Positions 46,180 to 58,684 of a DNA stretch of 64,000 nucleotides are shown here, one piece after another (the stretch's first letter is position 1; each line of letters opens with the position of its first letter). Under the pieces are notes generated by a model that saw nothing but the letters and a program-made list of their open reading frames with translations, did not search any database and was not told the DNA's origin. The DNA comes from the human T2T-CHM13v2.0 reference genome, Homo sapiens: the NCBI RefSeq assembly GCF_009914755.1, contig NC_060937.1. One strand, given 5' to 3'. The translations under genes were made by a program, and so were the position numbers.

Positions 46180-47480
46180 AACCCTTCGGGGTGCCTCCTA
46201 GCGGCGGATGGAGAACTAGCATTGCGCGAGAGTGAGTAAACTGTGATAAACCCAAGGGGTTTGCGGGGGACAGGCTGGGTGGCAAGACTTTTAAAGGCTC
46301 GCAAATGGAACCACTCCCTCCAGAGGGACTATCTAAATCTCCTCAGGTGCTGACCCTTTCTGACAGTAAAGGACGAGGGCCAGAAGTGTAAAGATTGTGG
46401 TCCCGCGCTCCAAGCCCAAGATGCGTTCAGCAGGAGTAGTTGGGTTGGAAAGAAGGCACCCAGCGTCTGCAGCGAAGGACTCGGGTGGGAGCGAGAAATG
46501 TCCCTGCCCAGTGCCCCGCGCGCTGGATCGCGGGGGCGAGTCTGAGGGTGGAGAGGCCGCCGGGTGGAGGCGCGCAGGGGTGCGTGGGTGGGTGCGGAAG
46601 GAGTGCAGGGTATGGAGGGGAATCTTGGGGCGGCGCGAAGGAGGAGCGCTTGGAAAGGCGCGGTGTTTGGTCACAGAGGGGCTCGGAGTGGGAGTGCAGG
46701 GGTGCGGGGAGGGAGTGCAGGGACGCGGGGAGGGAGTGGAGGGGTGGGGACGTGCTGGAGGGGCGCGCCTCGATAGAACTGGAGAAACTGGAAAAGTGGA
46801 GGGGCGGGGCAGTGGCTGGAGGAACCTCTGAAGCGACGCGGGGAATATGTGAAGGAGTGCTATGTTGGAACTTGGAGGGGAGGGGGGATGCTGGAGAGGC
46901 ACACGGTGATGGACATGGAAGGACCCGGGAGGTGTGGAGTGGTGGGCCCGGCCCGTCGCGGGAAGGACACAGAGGGACATAGGCTGCCCTGGAGAGGCGC
47001 TTTCGGACATCTGGAGGGGCGCATAGTGCTGGGACTTGGCGGCGCCTGGGGCGGAGGGGCGCGCCGGATCCAGCCGGGCGCGCTCGGGGGCCGGGCGCAG
47101 TGGGAGTTGACGGGCGTCCAGCCGGCGGCGCCCTGGGCTCGGCTAGGCGCAGGACGGCCCTGGCAGCGGTGCAGCAGCCCAGGCTAGTTCCTGGGGGGTC
47201 CCTGGTCCCCGCCTCCCCGCGCGCCCCGGCCAGCACCGCCCGGAGTCCGGGCGGGGAAGTGGGCGCCCGCGGCTTGGGAAGCTGCTCCCCCGCCCTGGAG
47301 CAGAGTCGTCGCTGCGGTCGCTGAGGAAGGACGGAGCAGAGGCCCGCGCTGTCTGGGGAGAAGACTGTGGTGTCATCCCGTCGGGAATGAAGGGAAATGC
47401 AGCGGCTGTTTGCGCCCCGGGACTCCAAGAAGTACAGCAGGTAAAGAGAATAGCCACGGCCCGCCACTTCGCCTTCAGTT
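46180..47480 (+). promoter_or_regulatory. SGCG: CpG island / distal SGCG promoter
   Basis: Sharp rise in GC and CpG, several GC boxes (GGGGCGG), no TATA; lies directly upstream of a coding exon with donor site. Confidence 0.85.
47387..47440 (+). CDS. SGCG: Coding part of SGCG alternative (distal) exon 1: MKGNAAAVCAPGLQEVQQ, an N-terminal extension of gamma-sarcoglycan
   Basis: ATG with -3 purine, exactly 18 codons, then phase-0 donor CAG|GTAAAG at 47441. Fits recalled facts that SGCG exon 2 begins at the canonical ATG and that a longer SGCG isoform exists. Exon 2 is outside this window. Confidence 0.75.
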
Positions 47481-49126
47481 CCCCCAATTCCTGGGTCCCT
47501 TCCTTCTCCTCCAACCTCCTAAACTAACCCCTCTGTTGTTAGACGTCCCTATGCCGGTTCCAGCCTTCCTCCTAGGACTCCATCACCACCCGTGCCCTCT
47601 TTCTCCTCGCCTTCTCTGCCCCAGACAGCACTTTCCTTCCCCTGCCCCCTTGTGGGGGCTCAGGGACAAGAGTAAAATGTAATTTAGACAGTTGGCTTTT
47701 CTTTGCCCAAAGACTTCACTAACTGATCCTCATTCTGCAATGAGACTTAATAACTTCCTGTGTGCGTGTGTGTGGTGTGAGAGAATCAGAGTGAATTGGT
47801 TCTCTGCAAATGATTTTGCCAAAAACTTTGCCCTGGGTTGCTTGCTGGGGAGTCTGTAACACTGAGTAAGCGGAGTGTCTGCACCAAGTGCAAAGTTGCG
47901 TAGGGGTTACTTGGGGGTTTTAGAGGGGAACTGAAGCGCAGCAGCGGGGCTCTGTCGTCTTCAATGGGATTACATAATAACTTGATGATCCTCACCACCC
48001 TTATACTCATTACCTCCATTAAGTACCACTAATTAATATTTACATATTTGCATGCTGTCACTTGGTTACATCAGCGTTAGCAAGTTGCTTGTTCTTACAT
48101 CATTACCGAGTATTCTGATGTTTCTGAATGTTAGCACGGCACCAGCCAGTTGATCTGTGAAACATCTACTCATCCAGTGATAATATTGTACAGGCGGATT
48201 TTGTAATGCTGGCGCTCCATGTATATCCGTACTATTCATGTACTAATACTCCTGGCTGTTCCTTAACACAGGTAAATTGGTGCTAATAAAGCAATGGAAT
48301 CGTATTTACATTTTTCAATGTAATATGGGTCTTCCCATGCTTTTCTTCCTTTGATATGAACAGACTGTAAAGAAGCTGTAAAGAAGAGATTGCACAATTC
48401 TATTCCAAAAGTACACATAAGCTAAAATCTTCGTTTTTGTTGACGTAATCTTTTGCTAACAGGTTCAGTGTCTCTGGTATTAAAACTTCCTTTCATGACA
48501 ATATGCTTCCAAATTGACTAGCAAGCAGGCATCCATCCACATGTGTTAAAATATCTTACAGTAAACTTTTAAAGTTATACAGCAGTTATATCTTCAAATA
48601 TTGTACTTAAGTCCTCTGTTCTTTTCATCTTTAATGTTTTTGCTGAATCAGACAGACACAATATTTAGTGGATGTTACACGTAAATAATTAACGTGTATG
48701 ATACACTTAACACCGTGGCCTCACATGTGCCACGACTGTACTCTGTCAATCTTTCTTAAATCTCAGAAAAAAGGTAGTGATAAATAGCTCATTTAATAAA
48801 TTCAAATGATCAGAGCTACATAGCCTAGCTAGTCTACATAACAGACTATAAAATCAATAAACTTTCACGTTGTACAAATAATTTATTTACATTTTAAAAC
48901 TACTAAAACACCTCTCAGAGATAACCAGGATAATAATACTCCATTTTAAAAGTAACATTTTATAAATTGTGGGTTGGTAATATTTAAGATCATTTTTATT
49001 TAAATATGTATACACATATATACACACACTATTACATTTTAATCAGCATCATTATGTTATCTTAGGAATGGTTTTTTATTATTTGTCAGACTCTCACTTG
49101 ATGTTTACTGCTTAAGACTGTATCCT

Positions 49127-49667
<541 letters not shown>

Positions 49668-50927
49668 TAAGACTGTGTCCTACAAGAGACCTTATTGTAC
49701 TGTGGGTAAAATACATAAATGTCTAGGGACATGGTTATAGTTAACTAAAAAAGATAAAGATAATTTTATTTCTTATTCTAAAATTGTAGGAAAATGATTT
49801 ATATGGACATGATAATAGTGGTACAATAATTCATACTTAAGTGATGGTACCTTGTATTTTTTGAATGCCAATTTTCGTAGGTTTTCTGTAGTTAAATGTG
49901 AAGTAAAAAAATTGGTTGTGTGTTGACAGTGGTAACAATACAATGTTTTCTATACAGGGATCCCTGGTTAAAGTAAACTAGCATATACATTTCTAAACAT
50001 GACATCTTCAAAATTAGGAAATAAAATTAACTACCTTAGCAACATGCATTTTGACATTTCATTTTGTTACATATGAGGGAAATATTTATGCCGGAATAGG
50101 AAACAGCAGGTAAAGTAAGAAAAGGGTAAAATGATACTTTCCAAGGTAATTTAAGGTCCTGGGGCCCTTTGAGAATCTGGTAATAGTTACAGATCTGCTG
50201 TCTAGAAAAATGTCTGGACCTAATACCTAATTTGGACTCAATTTCAATTAGGTTAATACCTAATTCAGACTTGGTTTGAAGAGGGGACCCAGTTCTGGAC
50301 CCCTGAGTGGGATCACCTAAATTAAATCCCAGCATGGATGTGGGCTTGGTTGCTTCAGGTACAAAACCTTGAGTCATTCCATTATATCAAAGTATAGCTA
50401 CATCAGTAATTAAATAATGAAAGCTGAACTGGACAAGTAACATGAATCAGATATCAATTTGTAAAAATACACTGTTTTTTGTCTAGTAGACTTTATTCAA
50501 TATTTGTTGCTAAACTCTTTTTCAAAACTAAGATATAGTAAGTTACCTGAATAAGAAAAGGGAAAATTTTTAAACATGAAAAATTTAACTAAAATCATAT
50601 TGAATTGAAGACAAAGGCCTAACTAGAAACCAGATATAAAAAGGCTAAAACTAAGTAATAAAGTTATACTTTTATAAGGAATGTTTATGAAAATCATTGA
50701 ATTATTTGCATGAAATTCCATGGATTGTGTTACACTTGGGGTTGCCTTGCATTTTAAAGGCATGGTGATGCACAGAAATTGTAGTTGCAAATGCCCCCTG
50801 CATATTAAGTTCTGGTTGCATTCTTTTTCTCTTCTCTCCTGGTAGGCCCTGCTGTCCTGACCAGTCGCCTCAATTGGTAACCAGGTTTTTGTTTTCCTGT
50901 CTTTTTTCTTTAAGATTGTTGACTCAG

Positions 50928-51024
50928 TTTGTTTATAACTCCCCTTAATCCAAAATTACTTGCCAAAAATATGTATTATTTGTTTATAACTCCCCTTAAT
51001 CCAAAATTACTTGCCAAAAATATG
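50928..51024. repeat. Perfect 46-bp direct duplication with 5-bp spacer
   Basis: TTTGTTTATAACTCCCCTTAATCCAAAATTACTTGCCAAAAATATG at 50928-50973 and 50979-51024. Confidence 0.95.
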
Positions 51025-51282
51025 CAATAGATTATTCTCCAGATAGTTTAATTATCACAGGTACATGTAATATCATTGTACCATTACCTCTGTCTTCGAG
51101 CACTTGCTCTGAAAAGAAAGATGCTCTGTTTATTGTGTTGATGGAACTCCTACTTTAAGAGTCACTTTAGGTGTTTCATTTCATGTCACTTTCATACACA
51201 CTCTGCAATTAGGACCTCATTTAACACGGAAGGAAACTGGGCCCAGAGAGGCTGTAATTCATTAAGGTAGTTAAACTGCAGA

Positions 51283-51495
51283 GGAATAAAGGAATATCTG
51301 AGGCCAGGTCATTTATAAAGAAAAGAGGTTTCCTTTGGCTCATGGTTCTGCAGGCTGTACAGGAAGCATGGCACCAGCATCTGCTTCTCGTGAGGGCTCA
51401 GAAAGCTTCCGTTATGGCAGAAGGGAAATAGGAACTGGCCTGTGCAGAGATCATTCGGCAAGAAAGGATGCAAGAGACAGGAGAGGTGCCACTCT
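51283..51495 (-). mobile_element. MST (MaLR) LTR fragment
   Basis: 'tttataaagaaaagaggttt...ggctcatggttctgcaggctgtacaggaagcatggcaccagcatctgcttc'. Confidence 0.8.
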
Positions 51496-52321
51496 GCTGT
51501 CCCATTAAGCTTGACACAGTCCGTCTCCTACTCCCTTTAGAAGCAATTCCATAACTCCACTGCTCTCCTCCGGCCTCCTGCCAGCCCTGCTCCCTACCAC
51601 TCACAGCAGATGACCTCCCTGCTACTCTGGTGGCACTCAGGTGGAAGCTGATTTGCTCCTGCCCTCTCCAGTGACACCCTCCATCTGGGCCAGCATGTAC
51701 CCTTCCCTCTTCAGGGCAGCCTGCTCCACACCCTTTCCCTTCCCATTTTCTCCTTCACCTACTCAGCCCTCTCCCTCTCCTGTGGCCCTCCCCTCCCACT
51801 GCACCTTCTCCTGCACTTTCCCTTGAGCATAAGCTCAAGATTAGATACTTATTTGAGGGTTATGTCAAAGAAGGACTTTCTGAGAGAGATGGCAGCTACA
51901 CTTATGACTAGTTTATTAGAAACAGAAAATAGAAAAATTATTATCAGCCTAGCAATGAACTATTTGAATTAATCTTGTTTGGGGGCCTATTTTAATTTCA
52001 TATTTGTAGAAAATGTTAATAAAATTATTTCATCATAATGTTAAAACATTTGGGTAAAGAGTGTTTTCAGGCTGTTTTTGAACAATGAAAGAGGATAAAC
52101 AAAATGAATATTGCAGCATTATTCTCAAGTCCATAATTATGTTATATATGAGATAAGGCAAATAATATATGCCTGAGATTTCCTGGACTAAGTTTTGAAC
52201 TACAAATGTTGGGATGGATAAAAAAGAACAAAACCATGGGGAGGAGATGAACAGTGAATTTTTTAATGCAAAAGTTAAGAGATTCCCCATTCTAAAATAC
52301 TCATTTCAGTAGGAGGCAAAC

Positions 52322-53291
<970 letters not shown>

Positions 53292-53563
53292 TCTGTTCCA
53301 GTAAGTTGTGATTCCCTGTATTTGTCTGTCTGTCTCTCAAATTTGCCATAGCAGTCTACACTATGACCTTATTCCTCTTCTGGGTCTAAGAAAAGTTGGG
53401 GACTTTTCTGTTTGTTCAGTTTTTTACTTGTGGTTAGGATGGAGTGGCAACTCCTGAGTTTCTTGTGTGCCAGAGGGGAAATGGGAGGTCTGCTCTGCAC
53501 TTTTCATGGTTGGTTCAATCTCATTATTCAGTGTTAGCTCGTGTGTGATCACAGAAAAACCTT

Positions 53564-55022
53564 TTTCATTTGTAAGGTTTGTAGGTACATAGTAGGTGTA
53601 TATATTTATGACGTACATGAGATATTTTGATACAGGCATGCCATGTGAGAGAATCACATCATAGAGAATGGGGTATCCATCCCTCAGGCATTTATCCCTT
53701 GTGTTACAAACAATCCAATTATACTCTTTTTATTTTAAAGTGTAAAATTAAATTATTATTGACTATAGTCATCCTGTTGTGCTATCAAACACTAGGTCTT
53801 ATTCTTTCTATTTTTTAACCCATTATCCAAACCCCTGCCCCTACTTTCACTACCCTTCCCAGCCTTTGGTAACCATCCTTCTACTCTGTCTCCATGAGTT
53901 CAATTGTTTTGATTTTTAGATGCCGCAAATAAGTGAGAACATACAATATTTGTCTTTTTGTGCCTGGCTTATTTCACTTAACATAATGTTCTCCTGTTCC
54001 ATCCATGTTGTTGCAGATGACAAGATCTCATTCTTTTTTATGGCTGAATAGTACTCCATTGTGTACATGTGCCACATTTTCTTTGTGGCACATTTCCATT
54101 AATCTGTTGATGAATATAGGTTGCTTCCAAATCGTGGCTATTGTTAACAGTGCTACAACAAACATGGGAGTGCAGATACCTCTTCAATAGACTGATTTCC
54201 TTTCTTAGGGGTATATACCCAGCGGTGGGATTGCTGAATCTCATAGTAGCTCTATTTTTAGTCTTTTTCTCCAAACTGTTGTCCATAGTGGTTGTACTAA
54301 TTTACATTCCCACCAACAGTGCACAAGGGTTCTTTTTTCTCCACGTCCTCGCCAGCATTTGTTATTGCCTGTCTTTTGGATGTAAGCCATTTTAGCTGGG
54401 GTGAGACAGTATCTTGTTGTAGTTTTTATTTGCATTCCTCTGATGATCAATGATGTTAAGCACCTTTTCATATGCTATTTGCTATTTGTATGTCTTCTTT
54501 TGAGAAATATATATTCCAATCTTTTGCCCTTTTTTTTTTTCTTTTTGAGACAGAGTCTTGCTCCGGCACCCAGGCTGGAGTACAATGGTACCATCTCAGC
54601 TCACTGCAATCTCTGCCTCCTGGGTTCAAATGATTCTCCTACTTCAGCCTTCTGAGTAGCTGGGATTACAGGCGCGTGCCATCACACCATACTAACTTTT
54701 TGTATTTTTAGTAGAGACGAGGTTTCACCATGTTTGTTGGCCAGTCTGGTCTTGAACTCTTGACCTCAGATGATCCGTGTGCCTCGATCTCCCAAAGTGC
54801 TGAGATTACAGGCATGAGTCACTGCGCCTCGCTCCCTTGCCCATTTTTTAAATTGGATTATTATATTTTTTCCTATAGAGTTGTTTGAGCTCCCTAGATA
54901 TTCTGGTTATTAATCCCTTGTCAGATGGGTAGTTTGCAAATATTTTCTCCCATTCCGTGACTGGTTTTTTCACATCGTTGTTTGTTTCCTTTGCTGTGCA
55001 GAAGCTTTTTAACTTGATGTGC
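53564..55022 (-). mobile_element. 5'-truncated L1MA with nested AluS (54530-54832)
   Basis: L1MA 3'UTR ('gtacatagtaggtgtatatattta') and ORF2 end; 12-bp TSD CAGAAAAACCTT (53552-53563, 55023-55034). Confidence 0.88.
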
Positions 55023-56196
55023 CAGAAAAACCTTCTTTACCATTATATTTAAAATATACTCCTAGTGATCCTATTTATTCCCTTATTTTGTCACTATTGA
55101 AAATTGTCTTATTTTTCATATTTAAATATGAGAAATTTTCATACATACTGGCTGTTTTCCCTAAACTATAATATAAGCTCTAAGAAGTCTCTAGAACAAG
55201 AGACCTCTTTTGTCCTGTTCATGGTGGTATCCTCAGCCCTGGAACAGTGTTTGGCACCTAGTTGGTGCCTGTTGGACCAAAGACAGCAGTAGTAGCCCCA
55301 GCAGGGTGCTCGTGCCTTTGCCATACAGCTAACTCAGTACATAACGCAGCTTCTCAGTACAGGCTTGAGGACAGTTGGTAATTAATTGCATCACTGTAAC
55401 CTCTGTATACAATAATGGACATTTCCATGCAGTTACTTAAAAATCTATTACTTTTCTGTCTTCAACAAGAACTACATTTGTCATCTATTCTAGCAGACAA
55501 ACATTTTTTAAAATTAGCAAAAGCCTGCTCACATACATGACAGAGATAATCATTGATAACAATTATCTAAATAAGGCATGATTGATAGACATCTGCTATT
55601 AATATGCACTCCATTGTGTTATTATCATATTTTACCAAATCTAAGATGCCCATTTTTCTCACATTTAATAGCTCTGAAATTGTGAGGCATATTACATTCA
55701 GTAATATGGTTTAATTTGCATTGGAATTTCCTTTCTTAATAGCACAAAATTAATGGTATTCTTATAATCATCATTCTTAGATTTGTTGAGATACAGTATA
55801 TCAGAAAGTCAAGAACTCATCCATAAGGTTTAGTAATTTATATATATATAAATATATTTTTTAAATTTAGAACTGTCATCTGAAGTTTTCCCACTAGTCC
55901 TCTCTTGCAAAACCTAGTAATCTTTCTCTACCCTCATTTTTGACCCCCTTCCCACCCAGAGCACAGGAGAACACTGAACAATCCTCCTCATTCATGTGAG
56001 CCAACACTGATGATGTGGATTTCCATAACCTGTAAGTTCGGTTTGCATGACTGATGGCAGGGACTCATTCAAATTTGTGTCCACCTTCTCTCCTCATTTT
56101 TAAATACTTCTTTCTACTTCTGGTTGCATTCTCCCTCATTCTTCCATTTGTCAGGAACTAACACCACCATCACCCTGTGGAAAAAAAAAAAAGGTA

Positions 56197-56590
<394 letters not shown>

Positions 56591-58345
56591 TCAAACACCA
56601 ACTATACAGTTTTGAACAACAAAGGCAATTTATTGACTGGCATAACGGAGAAGCACAAGATTGGGGCTGGTTTGGGCATGCCTTGATCCATGGCCTAAGC
56701 ATGGCCATCAGTTTTTCTCTGTCCTCAGCCCTGTTCTCTGCTGCGTTGGCTGGCTTGTGTGGCTGCTGACAAATCCAGGCTTCAAGCACTATCCGATTCA
56801 GGGCAAGCGAAGAAGAAAGTGTGTCTTTCTAGTGGCAGAAATAAAAGTAGTGGAATTTGCTCTAATTAAGCCTAATTGGCTTGGATTGAATCCTTCTAAA
56901 ATAATCTCTGTGAACAAGAGAATATCTGATTGGCCTGGCCTGTCCTGAGTCACATGAAATCCCACAGAATCTAATTCTTGGTATCAAACAGCTTTATTTC
57001 TTTCATGTTAAGGAATTGGGCTGGGTGATATATTTAATGTACTTAGGGCCAAACCCTTCATTTCTTCCTTTAATTGGAATCCTGCTTTCCTATGAAAACA
57101 AATGGACTTTGTGATCATTAGCTTAGTGAGGGTAGTATACACACATTAATTGAAATGATTTAAATTAAATGATGTAAGATGTTTGCTGGAGCCAACTGGC
57201 ACATATGGCAGAGAATCAATGCAAAGAAAGTTTGAGTAGAAGGAGGGATGATAAAGACGTGAGCTTGTCTATGTGTCCATGAAATGTCCCTGCCTATGAG
57301 TCTTCAAACACAAGGAGCTAAAGCCACCTGAATTGCTGCTTCTCCTCTTCCTGTTGTTGCCTTCTTCTTCTGGTGTCTTTTCCCCCAGCCTCAACGTTGT
57401 CTTGCCACCACCTTTGTGACCTCATGACACAGCATGTCTGTTATGGTGCCTCTGGTATCCAGGCACACATTTTCAGAGGACAAAGATTTCTTGAGGGAAC
57501 AGGATGGTAAAGACTTCTAAGTAGCTGGCATGAGGATGAGAGGTGAGGAGCGCAGTGACCCTCAGAAGTAACCTGAGAGAGGTAGTGTCAGGAGCAAGAC
57601 AAGTGCAGCTGCATGGGAGTCTAGCTTCTCTGCCTTCAGCCTATGACCGTGCCCCTGTGTGTGGTCAAGCCTAATGACCTGCATGCATCATAGCAGAGGA
57701 AGTTGTTGACCCATGATGTCGATTTGAAAGCTAAACTATAAAGAAAATAGTATAATTTGGCTTGATTGTATAAAAGTGCTATGCTATGGTCTGCCTATGA
57801 GAGTTAATTACTAATTGAGCACATAAATGGTAAGATACACCATTAAGTCAAAATGTCTTTATCGTATCAGGCATATCATTAGGTAAACCAAGATACTTTT
57901 ATCATAAAGGCTACATGTATCATAATCTGTAAGTCATGTATCTTATTTCTTTTTGATAAATTCACTCAGCATTAAGGAATAATTATAATAGCTAACCATT
58001 TAACATGTATTTTACTACATGTCAGACACCTTTTGTACATTATCTTATTTAATTATTTAATTAACCTTAAATGGGAGATAGTATTATTCCCAACATTAAT
58101 AGGAGAACATTGACCATTGAAGAAGATAACTTACTTAACATTACACTGCTGTTAAGAAAGTAAATTTAAAGCTCAGCTGACTTCAAAGCCTGAGATTTTT
58201 GTTATCTCTAAGGAAAGATAGAGAACAGAAGATTTTGAAATTAACGCCATGTAATGTTAATCAGAATCAGAGTACAGGATATCAGCCAAGCTGTCAAACC
58301 AAGGAGGCTATAAGGCATCTGCATCTGACTTTTTGGGATCTAAGG

Positions 58346-58684
58346 CAGCAGTCCCCAGCCTTTTTGGCACCAGAGACCAGTTTTGTGAAAGACAGTTTTT
58401 CCATAGATGGAGGACATAGGGGATGGTTTCAGGATGTAACTGTTCCAGATAAGATCATCAGGCATTAGAATCCCATAAGATGGATGCCACCTAGATCCCT
58501 CTCATGAGTAGTTCACAATAGGGTTCACACTCCTATGAGAATCTCATGCCTCCACTGATCCGACAGGAAGCAGAGCTCAGGCATTAATGCTCACTCACCA
58601 GCCACTCATCTCCTGCTGTGCAGCCCGGTTCCTAACAGGCCATGTACCAGTATCGGTTCATGGCCTGGGGGTTGGGAACCTCTG
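58346..58684 (-). mobile_element. MER1B (hAT-Charlie) DNA transposon
   Basis: TIRs CAGCAGTCCCCAGCC / GGTTGGGAACCTCTG, ~339 bp, 8-bp TSD ATCTAAG(G/A). Confidence 0.88.

Noticed and set aside
46333-47514. Long ORFs in the CpG island (346 aa and 225 aa on -, 180 aa on +)
   Set aside because: Low-complexity Pro/Ala/Arg/Gly products expected from stop-poor GC-rich DNA; overlapping in several frames; no recognisable domain
56600-57500. Possible lncRNA (I recall LINC00362 lying near here); minus-strand AATAAA at 56629-56634 in an old LTR-like stretch
   Set aside because: No exon structure can be defined from the sequence, and the position rests on uncertain memory
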